Shown piece by piece: positions 43,576-55,052 of a stretch of 64,000 nucleotides of DNA. The stretch spans positions 68,199-132,198 of the forward strand of contig NZ_JBIQHX010000004.1 in the NCBI RefSeq assembly GCF_044508325.1. The letters run 5' to 3'. A program made the translations under genes and the position numbers. A model generated the notes under the pieces. That model was not told the origin of the DNA, did no database searches, and saw only the letters and a program-made list of their open reading frames with translations. Each line of letters starts with the position of its first letter. The stretch's first letter is position 1. This DNA is from Microbacterium sp. (lineage in GTDB: Bacteria > Actinomycetota > Actinomycetes > Actinomycetales > Microbacteriaceae).

Positions 43576-43944
43576 TCAGTCCTCTTCCTGCGTGTCGTCT
43601 TCCTGCGTGTCGTCTTCCTGCGTGTCGTCGTGCAGCTGCTCGATTCGTTCAGCGAGGAAGGTCCACGTCCTCCAGAACTCGTCGAGGTGGTCGCGTCCCT
43701 GCTCGTTGAGTGAGTACACCTTGCGCGGCGGGCCCTTCTCCGAGGGCACCTTCTCGACATCGACGAGCCCGCGCTGCTCGACACGAACGAGAAGCGCGTA
43801 CACCGTGCCCTCGGCGAGCTCGCTGAACCCCTCTTCGCGCAGCCACGCGGTGATCTCGTAGCCGTACGCCGGGCGGCGCGCGAGGTTCGCGAGCACGATG
43901 CCCTCGAGAACGCCCTTGAGCATCTCAGTGAGCTGCCCCGCCAT
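43576..43944 (-). CDS. PadR-family regulator
   Basis: EMLKGVLEGIVL, YGYEIT, EGTVYALLVR, GPPRKVYSL. Confidence 0.93.
   Translation of the reverse strand: MAGQLTEMLKGVLEGIVLANLARRPAYGYEITAWLREEGFSELAEGTVYALLVRVEQRGLVDVEKVPSEKGPPRKVYSLNEQGRDHLDEFWRTWTFLAERIEQLHDDTQEDDTQEDDTQEED
43583..43627 (-). repeat. 15-bp tandem repeat x3 encoding DDTQE at the PadR C-terminus
   Basis: tcttcctgcgtgtcg repeated three times. Confidence 0.9.
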
Positions 43945-43959
43945 ATCGCCTCCCGGCAC

Positions 43960-44001
43960 TACTCAGTGTCATTGACTACCACTAGATAGTAACACTGAGT
44001 A
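43960..44001. promoter_or_regulatory. Putative PadR operator
   Basis: IR TACTCAGTGT-N22-ACACTGAGTA in an AT-rich patch upstream of padR. Confidence 0.7.
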
Positions 44002-44023
44002 CCGAGAGTGCAAGTGAATCCGC

Positions 44024-45750
44024 TCAGCCCTCGCCGTCGCGGGTGCCGAACAGTCCCTTGCCATACAGCCGAATGGCGTCGTACGCCTCGCCGTACGTCT
44101 TGGGCGCCTTGGCGCCGGGGTCGAAGCGCGCCAGCAGCAGGCCGAGCAGCCCCTGGGCGGGCGAGGTGAGCGGGCGGTGACGATGCGCCTGGACGGTGGC
44201 CGCGGCATCCTTCTCTTCCGGATTCGTCGGGATGTACAGGGCCTTGGGCTGCGGCCAGGTGTACGGCTGACGCGGCGCGGTGAGGTTGACGGCGTTGAAG
44301 ATCGGATTCGCGTTCTGGTCGCGCAGGGTCAGCGGCTTGAGGCCGTGCTGCCGGCAGAGCGTGTTGATGACCGACCCGTGATGCATCTCGTCGTGGATCA
44401 CCGTGTTCTGCGCGGTGTAGGCGCTCACCACGATGGCGGGCACCCGCACCCCGAGCCGGTCGAAGAGGAACCCCATCTCACCGGCACCGCTGCGGTCGGG
44501 CGGGGTCGCCGCCGGTGGCGGCACGTGGTCGTAGGTGCCGCCATGCTCGTCGAAGGTGAGCACGAGGGCCGTATTCATCGCGTTCGACTTGCCGGGGGTG
44601 CGGCTCTTGCGGATGGCGTCGTAGACCTCTTGCACGAGGGCGTCGCCGGCGCGCACGTCGGAGAGCGCGCTGTTGTAGAAGTGGTGGCTGCCGCCGCCGT
44701 CTTCGATCGTGGTCTCGCGCACCGCGCCGAACGGCGGGTGCATGTCGTTGTGGTTGATGACCATGCGCGGTTCTATGAAGGAGTACGCGGGGAGGTCGCC
44801 GTTCTCGACATCGGCGTGGAACTGATCCATGTCGCGGAAGTTCGTCTTCCAGTACTGATGCAGCACCGGAGCGTGCACCATCCCGGTCAGCGAGACGAGC
44901 TGGGTGGCGTCGTAGTACACGCGCCATGAGATGCCGGCCTCATCGAGCCGGTTGAAGATCGTCGGCGCGGCCGGCCCGGTGATCCACTTGTAGAAGCCGT
45001 CGCCGCCCTGGTTGGTGACGAATCCGTTCGAGGTGGATGCGTGGAAGAACATGCGGTTGCAGAACGTCTGCGACGGCACGGCGCAGAACCAGCGGTCGTA
45101 CACCGCGAACTCGCGGGGGAGCGTCGAGATCACCGGCAGCTGCGCGGGGCTGAAGCCGCCCATCGCCACCCGGTACTCCTGCGGGGTCGGGTCGGTGCGC
45201 CGCTGAAGGCGGAAGTTGATGACGAAGTCCCTCACGAAGCCCGAGTTGTCGGCGGTGGCACCCAGGGGCGGCGTGTTGAACGGCGGCCGCATGCCGTTGC
45301 GGCGGATGTCGGCATTGCCGGGCGGGTCGACCGTGCCGAACAGCTGCGCGTGTTGATGTGCGGATACGCCTCACCCGGGTCGGGCTGCGGCGACTGCATG
45401 ACCGTGTCGGTCGGCCCGTCGTAGACGTAGGCGGGGACGTCTTCGCCGGAGGCGCCGGGGTTCGAGTACGTGCCCTGCGCGAGACCGTCGAACTCGGCCC
45501 GGGACTTCTCGTCGGCCGAATACAGATGCCCGAGCAGGTTGTCGAAGCTGCGATTCTCGAACATGACCACCACGATGTGGTCGAAGCCGGGCACCGAGCG
45601 CTGCGGCAGCGGCTCGAACTCGGGCGGGTGCGCCATGGCGGCGGAGGTGATCGCCGCGCCCGCTGAGCCTCCGATGGCGAGGCCCGCCGCCCCGGCGCCG
45701 GCCCGCCGCAGGAAGTCACGGCGCGAGGTCTCGCGCTCGCCGTCGCCCAT
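44024..45750 (-). pseudogene. Tat-exported phosphoesterase (phospholipase C/acid phosphatase family), frameshifted near 45348
   Basis: SRRDFLRR Tat signal and HIVVVMFENRSFDN in ORF 45232..45750; YDRWFCAVPSQTFCNR, TFDEHGG.YDHVPPP and GVRVPAIVVS in ORF 44024..45292. Removing 2 nt from a GCGC run joins them (HINTQLFG). Confidence 0.8.
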
Positions 45751-45793
45751 GCAACGGATGCTATCGGCCCGAGGCGCGCTCTATGGTGTGGCT

Positions 45794-46417
45794 ATGGCGG
45801 AATCGTTCCCCTTCGACCGTGGCGCGCGGTACGGCTCCGCCCTGGTGGGCACGCTCTTCGCCGGCTACCTGTGCATCGCGACGAGCTTCGACGCGTTCAT
45901 CGAGGCCACGAACTACGCCGGCGCGATCGGCACCGATGTGCCGCTCGTCGACCTCGTCGAGTTCCTGCTGATCCTGGGGCTGTTCATCGCCGCGTTCACG
46001 GTCATGCTGGCCAGCGGCGCGCGGCGGCTCGGCGCGGTGACGCTGGCGTGCGTGGTGCTGCTGCTGTGGGCGACCCTCGGCATCCAGCGGGGCATCGGCA
46101 ACATCCGGCACCCCATCGAGTTCTGGGCGTTCGTCACCGATCAGGGGCTTGTCACGCTGATCGTCGCCCTGGGCGGCTGGCTGCTCGTGCGCGGTCGGCA
46201 TCCCCTGTCTTTCGTGGTGCTGCTGCTCGCCCTCGTGCCGCCCGTGGTGACCGGCCTGCTGGTGGGCGCTTCAGTGACCTCCGGCGCCTTCACGCTCGTG
46301 TCGCTGGGCGTCGTGATCATGCTCGGCATCGGCGGAGCGTGGCTGGCCGTCGTCATCGATCGGGCGATCGGGCGAGCACGTCCTCCAGCGCAACCCACGC
46401 CAGCATCGCGCACTTGA
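45794..46417 (+). CDS. Hypothetical membrane protein
   Basis: About 6 hydrophobic segments; ATG 6 nt after TATGGT. Confidence 0.72.
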   Translation: MAESFPFDRGARYGSALVGTLFAGYLCIATSFDAFIEATNYAGAIGTDVPLVDLVEFLLILGLFIAAFTVMLASGARRLGAVTLACVVLLLWATLGIQRGIGNIRHPIEFWAFVTDQGLVTLIVALGGWLLVRGRHPLSFVVLLLALVPPVVTGLLVGASVTSGAFTLVSLGVVIMLGIGGAWLAVVIDRAIGRARPPAQPTPASRT

Positions 46418-46799
46418 CCCGGGCGGTGTACTTCGAGACGCCCGACAGGGCGGAAGCATCGCCGAACACGTCCTCTTCGAGCGTGACGGCGCCGCGCGAG
46501 CGCAGCGCCTCGCGGAAAGCGGCGATCCGCTCGCGGGCATCGGCCACCGGCATCCCGCCCTCTTCCTCGACGAGCGACGTGAGCATCGAGGCGGATGCCT
46601 GTGAGATCGAGCAGCCGTCGCCCGTCCACGTGATCGCGCGCACAACGCCATCGTCGAGGTCGGCGTGCAGGATCACCTCGTCGCCGCACACCGGGTTGCG
46701 CTGGTGCGAGCTCGGCTCGCCCGGCTCTCCGCGCCCGTGCGGGTGCTTGGCGTGGTCGAGGATGAGGTCCTGGTAGAGCGCCTGGAGGTCGTCCATCAC
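46353..46799 (-). CDS. sufU: Fe-S cluster assembly sulfur-transfer protein SufU (NifU family)
   Basis: LYQDLILDH, NPVCGDE, GCSISQASAS, RVKCAMLAW. Confidence 0.92.
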   Translation of the reverse strand: MMDDLQALYQDLILDHAKHPHGRGEPGEPSSHQRNPVCGDEVILHADLDDGVVRAITWTGDGCSISQASASMLTSLVEEEGGMPVADARERIAAFREALRSRGAVTLEEDVFGDASALSGVSKYTARVKCAMLAWVALEDVLARSPDR

Positions 46800-48040
46800 G
46801 CCGCCCCGAAGAAGGCCCGCACACCCGAGACGGCGTCGAGCATCGCGTCGATGTCGGACTCGGTGTTGTAGAGGAAGGCGCTCGCGCGCACGGATGCCGT
46901 GAGCCCGAAGCGCCGGTGCAGGGGCTGCGTGCAGTGGTGGCCGACGCGCACGGCGATGCCGCGGGCATCAAGGAACTGGCCGACGTCGTGGGCGTGTACT
47001 CCGGCGACATCGAACGCGCACAGCGCGACCCGCTCGGCCCCGGCGGCGGCGCCGAGCAGCCGCACGCCGGGAATCGAGGCGAGGCCCTCGCGCAGGCGCT
47101 TCTCGAGCACGAGCTCGTGCGCATGCACGGACTCCATGCCGACGGTCTCGAGGTAACGCACCGCCGCCGCCAGCGTGATCGCCTGCGAGACCGGCTGCGT
47201 GCCGGCCTCGAAGCGCTGCGGCGGCGGCAGGAACCCGGCGCGGTCGAGCGTGACCTCGGTGATCATGGAGCCGCCCGTGAGGAACGGCGGCAGCGACTCG
47301 AGCACATCACTGCGTCCGTACATGCCGCCGATGGCATACGGACCGAGCATCTTGTGGCCCGAGAACACCGCGAGGTCGACGCCGAGCGCGCGCAGATCGA
47401 GCGGCAGATGCGGGGCGGACTGGCAGGCGTCCAAGAGCGTGAGGGCTCCGGCATCCTGCGCGAGCTCGACGAGGGCAGCCACGGGGTTGACGATGCCCAG
47501 CGTGTTCGACACGTGCGGGAAGGCCACGACGCGAGTGCGCTCGCCGATGAGCCGAGCGGCGGCATCGAGGTCGAGAGTGCCGTCGTCGTGCACCGGGATG
47601 TGGCGCAGCACAGCTCCGGTGCGCGCGGCCAGCTGCTGCCAGGGGATGAGGTTCGCGTGGTGCTCGGCCTCGGTGACGACGATCTCGTCGTCCGGGCGCA
47701 GCCTTTCCGCATTCTGCAGCGCGTGGGCGACGAGGTTGATGCCCTCGGTGGCGCCGGTCGTCCACACGAGCTGCTCGGGCTCGGCGCCGACGAAGCTCGC
47801 CACGGTGACCCGGGCATCTTCGAACAGCTCGGTCGCCTCGGCCCCCAGCGTGTGCGCACCGCGGTGCACGGCGCCGTTCGCGCGGGTGAGGAAATCGACC
47901 TCGGCGTCGATCACGGCCTGCGGTCGCTGGCTGGTCGCGGCCGAGTCGAGGTAGACGAGCGGCGCGCCGTTCACCTGCTCGCGCAGGATCGGGAAGTCTC
48001 GCCGCAGCACGGCGGCGTCGAGCGCGGTCGCAGAAGTCAC
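46796..48040 (-). CDS. sufS: SufS-family cysteine desulfurase
   Basis: YLDSAATSQRP, EHHANLIPWQ, FSGHKM PLP lysine, RVGHHC. Confidence 0.93.
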   Translation of the reverse strand: MTSATALDAAVLRRDFPILREQVNGAPLVYLDSAATSQRPQAVIDAEVDFLTRANGAVHRGAHTLGAEATELFEDARVTVASFVGAEPEQLVWTTGATEGINLVAHALQNAERLRPDDEIVVTEAEHHANLIPWQQLAARTGAVLRHIPVHDDGTLDLDAAARLIGERTRVVAFPHVSNTLGIVNPVAALVELAQDAGALTLLDACQSAPHLPLDLRALGVDLAVFSGHKMLGPYAIGGMYGRSDVLESLPPFLTGGSMITEVTLDRAGFLPPPQRFEAGTQPVSQAITLAAAVRYLETVGMESVHAHELVLEKRLREGLASIPGVRLLGAAAGAERVALCAFDVAGVHAHDVGQFLDARGIAVRVGHHCTQPLHRRFGLTASVRASAFLYNTESDIDAMLDAVSGVRAFFGAA

Positions 48041-48059
48041 CCCTCCAGGCTACGTCTCG

Positions 48060-50144
48060 TCAGCGCTCGAGGCTCGAGCGCTCCGCTCGCAGGTGCGCGA
48101 GGGAGAGCGCGTCACGCGGACGTCCGGAGCGATCCTCGCCGGCCATCGGGCGCGAGCGCCGGCCGTAGATGAGCTCTGACGAGTCGAGCAGCCATGGAAC
48201 GAGGGTGATCGAGACGCCGTGGATGAGCATCAGCTGCTGCGCGATGCGCCGTGCCCGGCGATTGTGCAGCAGCACCTCCCACCAGTGCCCGACGATGTAC
48301 TGCGGCAGGTAGACGGTGGCCACCGTCGGCCCGTGCTCCTCGCGGTGGTGCGCGATGAACGCGGCGACGGGGCCGGCGTAGGCGCGATAGGGCGACTCGA
48401 CGATGACGAGGGGCACCGGCATCCCGTGTCTCGTCCACTCGTCCTGCAGCGCGTCGGACTGCTCCTTCGAGACGGCGATGTGGATCGCCAGCGTGCGATC
48501 GTGCCTTGCGGCCAGCGCGTAGTCGACGGCCTTGACCACCGGCTTCTGCAGCCGGTTGACGAGCACCAGGGCGAGGTCGCCTGCCGAGCCGAAGTGCACG
48601 GTGTCATCCATGCGCAGCTCGGTCTCGACGTCGCGGTAGTACCTGTGCACGCCGATCATCAGCAGCGAGAGCACCGGGATGGCCAGGAACACGAGCCACG
48701 CCCCATGGGTGAACTTCGTGATCGTCACGATCAGCAGCACGAGGATCGTCATGACCGCGCCGAGGCTGTTGACGGCAAGGCCCGTGCGGGCCTCGATGAG
48801 CTCGGCGCGCGGTCCGGGCTGCCGGCGCGTCGCCCCGGAGAGCCCGCGCAGTCCTCGGAGCGCGCGCCGCCAGTGCCGGATCATGCCGAGCTGGCCCAGC
48901 GAGAACGAGACGAACACGCCGATGATGTACAGCTGGATGAGGTTCGTGAGGCTCGCCTGGTAGAGCAGCAGCACCCCGATGGCGATGAGGCCGAGGATGA
49001 TCATGCCGTTCGAGTACACGAGCCGATCGCCACGGGTGCTGAGCGCCTTGGGCGCATAGCCGTCGCGGGCAAGCACCGCGCCGAGCAGCGGAAAGCCGTT
49101 GAATGCGGTGTTGGCAGCCAGCAGCAGCACGCAGGCGGTCGCCGCCTGCACGATGAAGAACGGGATCGATCCGGCGCCGAACGTGGCGGCGGCCACCTGT
49201 GCCATCAGGCTCGGCTGCACGAGGTGCGCGCAGTCGAACCCGACGAGGTGGCACGGGTTCTCGGCGTAGTGCACCCCTGAGACGAGGGCGAGCACCGTGA
49301 GCCCTGAGAACAGCACGATGGCGATGCCGCCCATCATCGTCAGGGTCAGCTGCGCATTGCGCACCTTCGGCCCGCGGAACGCCTGCACGCCGTTCGAGAC
49401 CGCCTCGACGCCGGTGAGAGCCGAGCATCCGCTCGAGAACGCCCGCAGCACCAGCAGGATCACGGCCGCCTGCGTGATGTCTTCGGCCTGCACGGCGAAC
49501 TGCGCGCTTGAGGCGATCGGCGGGTGGCCGAGCATCCAGCGCACGAGACCCACCGCGATCATCACCGCGACCGACCCGACGAACAGATAGGTGGGAACGG
49601 CGAAGGCCCGGGATGCCTCGCGCACGCCGCGCAGATTGACCACGATGATCAGCACCACGCAGGCGACGGCGAGCCCGACGCGCCACGAGGCGAGCACGGG
49701 GAAGGCCGAGATGATGTTGTCGATGCCCGAGGCGACCGAGACCGCCACCGTCAGCACGTAGTCGACGAGAAGGGCCGAGGCGACGACGACGCCAGGCACC
49801 TCGCCGAGGTTGGTTCGGGCCACCTCGTAGTCGCCGCCGCCCGAGGGGTAGGCCTTGACGAGCTGCCGGTAGCTGAGCACCACCACCACGAGCACGACGA
49901 CCACGGCGGTCGCGACCCAGGGGCTGAACGCCAGGAACGCGATGCCGCCGGTGAGCAGGATCATCAGCAGCTCCTGCGGGGCGTAGGCCACCGACGACAG
50001 CGCGTCAGACGCGAAGATCGGCAGCGCCATGCGCTTGGGGAGGAGGTGCTCGTCGGCCTGCTCCGACGACAGTGGTTCGCCGAGCAGGATCCGCTTTGCG
50101 AAAGGGGCGTCGGCGGCGCCCGGGTCGCGACTTGCATCAGTCAC
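48060..50144 (-). CDS. APC-family permease, KimA/YdaO-like K+ transporter
   Basis: KRILLGEPL, FASDALSSVAY, SYRQLVKAYPSGGG, GVEAVSNG, AANTAFNGFP, and a C-terminal cytosolic domain. Confidence 0.85.
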   Translation of the reverse strand: MTDASRDPGAADAPFAKRILLGEPLSSEQADEHLLPKRMALPIFASDALSSVAYAPQELLMILLTGGIAFLAFSPWVATAVVVVLVVVVLSYRQLVKAYPSGGGDYEVARTNLGEVPGVVVASALLVDYVLTVAVSVASGIDNIISAFPVLASWRVGLAVACVVLIIVVNLRGVREASRAFAVPTYLFVGSVAVMIAVGLVRWMLGHPPIASSAQFAVQAEDITQAAVILLVLRAFSSGCSALTGVEAVSNGVQAFRGPKVRNAQLTLTMMGGIAIVLFSGLTVLALVSGVHYAENPCHLVGFDCAHLVQPSLMAQVAAATFGAGSIPFFIVQAATACVLLLAANTAFNGFPLLGAVLARDGYAPKALSTRGDRLVYSNGMIILGLIAIGVLLLYQASLTNLIQLYIIGVFVSFSLGQLGMIRHWRRALRGLRGLSGATRRQPGPRAELIEARTGLAVNSLGAVMTILVLLIVTITKFTHGAWLVFLAIPVLSLLMIGVHRYYRDVETELRMDDTVHFGSAGDLALVLVNRLQKPVVKAVDYALAARHDRTLAIHIAVSKEQSDALQDEWTRHGMPVPLVIVESPYRAYAGPVAAFIAHHREEHGPTVATVYLPQYIVGHWWEVLLHNRRARRIAQQLMLIHGVSITLVPWLLDSSELIYGRRSRPMAGEDRSGRPRDALSLAHLRAERSSLER

Positions 50145-50183
50145 GGCGGGTGACACTACGCCTGCGTCGATAGTCTCGCAAGG

Positions 50184-51263
50184 GTGGAGGATCAGATCGC
50201 GCTCGGGGTGCTCGCGGTCCTCATCGGGGTCTTCGTCGGGGTGCTGCTGTTCGTGCCATTCGTGGCCGTCAGCTACCGGCGGCGCGGGGGCTTGAGCTTC
50301 TGGCGGTTCGTCGGGTGGGCGGCGGCGCTGATCTACTTCTGGGCGATCTGGACGTACACCCTGCTGCCGCTGCCCGACCCCGACGAGCTCCAGTGCCGGC
50401 AGCCGAACCTCGACCTGCTCGCGTTCATCGACGACATCCAGCGCGCGATCGCCGCACCCGGGAGCCCGCTGACGAACCCGCTGATCCTGCAGCTGGTGCT
50501 CAACGTCGCCCTCTTCCTGCCGCTGGGGTTCTTCGTGCGGGTGCTGGGCGGCCGCGGCGTCGTGGTGGCGACGCTGATCGGCCTCGGTGTGTCGCTGTTC
50601 ATCGAGACCACGCAGCTCACCGGTGTGTGGGGGCTGTACCCGTGCGCGTACCGCGTCTTCGACGTCGACGACCTGCTCACCAACACGCTCGGTGCACTCC
50701 TGGGCGCGCTTGTGGCCTTCGCCGTGCCGAAGCACCATCGCGGCTTCGCGCGATCACCGGATGCCGGCGAGCCCGACCCGGTGACCCGGGGTCGCCGCTT
50801 CGTCGCCATGCTCTGCGACTACATGGGCGCCGTCGTCCTCCAGGTGGTGCTCGCGATCGGGGTGCAGCTGCTGCTGTTCGCCGTCGGCGAGGAGCGCCTC
50901 ATGGAAGAGGGTCAGCTGGCCGGCGTCCTCAGCAGCGGCCTCACCGCAGCCCTCTGGCTCGGGATCGCGCTCGGCACCGGCCGGACGATCGGCGATCTCG
51001 CCGTTCAGCTGCGCTACACCGGGAGCACCCTGCCGACCTGGCTGTCGCGGACGCTGCGGTGGCTGGGCGGCATCGGCGGGTTCCTCCTGGTGGGCATGCT
51101 CCCGGGATCGTGGGCGCAGCTGAACATCGTGTTCCTGCTCGCGTGCGCCGTGCTGCTGTTCACGACGAAGCAGGGCAGAGGGCTGCCGGGCCTGATCAGC
51201 GGTCAGGGCCTGATCGACGCCCGCAGCCGCGAAGCGGTCAGTCCAGGAACTCCCGCGCGGTGA
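50184..51263 (+). CDS. VanZ-like membrane protein with a C-terminal RDD-like region
   Basis: QLVLNVALFLPLGF, IETTQLTG, RVFDVDDLLTNTLG. Confidence 0.85.
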   Translation: MEDQIALGVLAVLIGVFVGVLLFVPFVAVSYRRRGGLSFWRFVGWAAALIYFWAIWTYTLLPLPDPDELQCRQPNLDLLAFIDDIQRAIAAPGSPLTNPLILQLVLNVALFLPLGFFVRVLGGRGVVVATLIGLGVSLFIETTQLTGVWGLYPCAYRVFDVDDLLTNTLGALLGALVAFAVPKHHRGFARSPDAGEPDPVTRGRRFVAMLCDYMGAVVLQVVLAIGVQLLLFAVGEERLMEEGQLAGVLSSGLTAALWLGIALGTGRTIGDLAVQLRYTGSTLPTWLSRTLRWLGGIGGFLLVGMLPGSWAQLNIVFLLACAVLLFTTKQGRGLPGLISGQGLIDARSREAVSPGTPAR

Positions 51264-52452
51264 CCACCAGCGCCTCGACGCCGTTCTCGATGGTGGGGTG
51301 GATCAGGGGTGCGAACAGAGGCGAGTGGTTGGTGGGGATGTCGCGCTCGAGCGTGCCGGCCGCCTGCGCGGCCGCGAAGGCCGCCGGGTCGACGCCGCCC
51401 CAGAACCAGAACACGAGCGGCGCGCCCGATTCGCGGGCGAACCAGGAGACGTCCTCGCTGCCGGTGAACATGCCCGGGTCGACGACCGAGTCCGTGCCGA
51501 AGCGGGCTGCCAGCGCCGAGACCACGCGGGCGGTGGCGGCGGGGTCGTTGATGGTCGGGGGGAGTGTGTGGTCGGTCACGATGACAGGCTCGTCGTCCGC
51601 CCCGGATGCCTGCGCCTCGGCGCGGACGATGCGCTCCACCTTCTCGAGCACCCGCGCGCGGGCCTCGTCGTCCGGGTAGCGCAGGCTCAGCTCGAGCGTC
51701 GCCTCCGCGGGGATGATGTTGTTCTTCAGGCCCGCGTGGACCGAGCCGACGGTGACGACGGCGACATCCCGCGGGTCGACCTCGCGCGAGACGATCGTCT
51801 GCAGCCGCATGATGGTCGCGGCGGCCATCACCACCGGGTCGATGGTCGCGTGCGGACGCGAGCCGTGGCCGCCGCGGCCCAGGAGCGTCACGGTGAGGCC
51901 GTCCGAGGCCGCCATCTGCGTTCCCGGCCGCACGCCGAACACGCCCGCCGGCAGCGGCGTGACATGCTGACCGAGCACCACATCCGGCCGCGGATGGCGC
52001 TCGAGCACGCCGTCGGCGATCATCGCCTTCGAGCCGGCCCCGTGCTCCTCGGCCGGCTGGAAGACGGCGACGATCGTCCCCGACCACTCGTCCTTCGTGG
52101 CGACGAGGCGTTCGAGCGCGCCCAGCAGGCAGGTCACGTGCATGTCGTGGCCGCACGCGTGCATCACGGGGACGTCGTTGCCGGCCGGGTCGGTGCCGCG
52201 CGCGGTGCTCGCGTAGGGCAGGCCGGTCTGCTCGGGCACCGGCAGCGCGTCCATGTCGGCGCGCAGCCACACCACCGGCCCCTCGCTGGAGGTGACCGTC
52301 GCGACCACTCCGGTCTTGCCGACGCCCTCCTCGAAGGGGATGCCGAGCTCGCCGAGCTTCTCGGCGATCACACCCGCGGTGCGGGTCTCCTGGAAGGACA
52401 GTTCGGGATGCTTGTGCAGATCGACGTAGATCGCTTCGAGGTCCAGGGCCAT
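51238..52452 (-). CDS. M20D amidohydrolase (hippurate hydrolase-like)
   Basis: HPELSFQE, RADMDALP, HACGHD, FQPAEE, SED, NHSP. Confidence 0.93.
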   Translation of the reverse strand: MALDLEAIYVDLHKHPELSFQETRTAGVIAEKLGELGIPFEEGVGKTGVVATVTSSEGPVVWLRADMDALPVPEQTGLPYASTARGTDPAGNDVPVMHACGHDMHVTCLLGALERLVATKDEWSGTIVAVFQPAEEHGAGSKAMIADGVLERHPRPDVVLGQHVTPLPAGVFGVRPGTQMAASDGLTVTLLGRGGHGSRPHATIDPVVMAAATIMRLQTIVSREVDPRDVAVVTVGSVHAGLKNNIIPAEATLELSLRYPDDEARARVLEKVERIVRAEAQASGADDEPVIVTDHTLPPTINDPAATARVVSALAARFGTDSVVDPGMFTGSEDVSWFARESGAPLVFWFWGGVDPAAFAAAQAAGTLERDIPTNHSPLFAPLIHPTIENGVEALVVTAREFLD

Positions 52453-52461
52453 TCCCCGAGC

Positions 52462-52586
52462 CTACGCGCTGGACCGCGCGGTGCTGGCGCGGACGACGAG
52501 CTCGAACGGGAGCTGCCCGGGCGCGGGATCGGCGCCGGAGGCATCCAGCTCGGCTCCGGCGCCGATCGCCCATGGCGTCCCTCGCT

Positions 52587-52590
<4 letters not shown>
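52462..52590 (-). pseudogene. Probable LacI-regulator remnant (42 codons)
   Basis: ATGA-coupled to the GH13 stop. MKRGTPWAIGAGAELDASGADPAPGQLPFELVVRASTARSSA ends like the LacI C-terminal L(P)xELVVRxSTA motif. Confidence 0.5.
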
Positions 52591-54236
<1,646 letters not shown>

Positions 54237-54251
54237 GCGCTCGAGGCTACG

Positions 54252-54263
54252 GCAAGCGCTTGC
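54252..54263. promoter_or_regulatory. Putative LacI-type operator upstream of GH13
   Basis: Perfect palindrome GCAAGCGCTTGC with the central AAGCGCTT typical of LacI-family sites. Confidence 0.65.
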
Positions 54264-54290
54264 ATTGCTCTCGGCGGATAGGGTGGGCGA

Positions 54291-54809
54291 GTGCCCGAGA
54301 CCGAGCTGGAGCGCGCCGAGCAGCTCATCAGAACCATTCCCGACTACCCGGAGCCCGGAGTGCTCTTCCGCGACATCACACCCCTGCTGGTGGATGCCGC
54401 AGCCCTTCGTGCTGTGATCGACGCCATGATCGCGCCCTTCGCGGGTGGGTTCGACGTGGTCGCCGGCATCGAGGCGCGTGGATTCCTGCTCGCCGGCGCG
54501 GCGGCGATGGCCGCCGGGGTGGGCCTGGTGCCGATCCGGAAGGCAGGCAAGCTGCCGCGACCGGCGGCGGCGGTGTCGTACGCCCTGGAGTACGGCACGG
54601 CGACGATAGAGGCTCACGACGACATGGCGCCCGGCACGCGGGTGCTGCTCGTGGACGACGTGCTGGCCACGGGCGGCACGCTCGCGGGAGCGCACGAGCT
54701 CGTGCCGCGCCTGGGCGGGGTCGTCGTGGGCACGTCCGTGCTTCTCGAGCTCGAGGCGCTCGGAGGGCGCGCCCTCGTGCCGGACGTGCGGACGGTGTTC
54801 TGCGCCTGA
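54291..54809 (+). CDS. apt: Adenine phosphoribosyltransferase
   Basis: IPDYPEPGVLFRDITPLL, GIEARGF, RKAGKLP, LVDDVLATGGT. Confidence 0.96.
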   Translation: MPETELERAEQLIRTIPDYPEPGVLFRDITPLLVDAAALRAVIDAMIAPFAGGFDVVAGIEARGFLLAGAAAMAAGVGLVPIRKAGKLPRPAAAVSYALEYGTATIEAHDDMAPGTRVLLVDDVLATGGTLAGAHELVPRLGGVVVGTSVLLELEALGGRALVPDVRTVFCA

Positions 54810-54839
54810 ACGGCCGAGGTCAGGACTGCGGCGTGAAGC

Positions 54840-55004
54840 TCATTCCACGTCGTGCGAGTGGTCTCTGACGTCGGGCTCGGTCCGCAGCTCGTCGGCGATC
54901 TCCTCCTCCGGGCGGGGCGGGATGTCCTCGTCCTCCTCGAGTTCGGGGATCGTCGGCTCATCCGGTGCAGGCACGTGATGCGCACCGGGATCGTTGGCGT
55001 GCAT
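54840..55004 (-). CDS. 54-aa acidic small protein
   Basis: Manual translation MHANDPGAHHVPAPDEPTIPELEEDEDIPPRPEEEIADELRTEPDVRDHSHDVE; codon usage typical of this genome; fills the gap between apt and the PNPOx-like gene. Confidence 0.6.
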   Translation of the reverse strand: MHANDPGAHHVPAPDEPTIPELEEDEDIPPRPEEEIADELRTEPDVRDHSHDVE

Positions 55005-55052
55005 ACTCCAGTGTCGCCTGCGGGCGGGCGCCGCGGTAGACCGTCTCGGGCT

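Noticed and set aside
46353-48040. sufS-sufU without sufBCD as a novel Fe-S system
   Set aside because: Detached second sufS/sufU pairs are not unusual, and sufBCD may lie elsewhere in the genome. Nothing in the sequence supports novelty.
50145-50183. ydaO/c-di-AMP riboswitch upstream of the KimA-like gene
   Set aside because: Only about 40 bp separate it from the divergent vanZ gene, too short, and there is no riboswitch motif.
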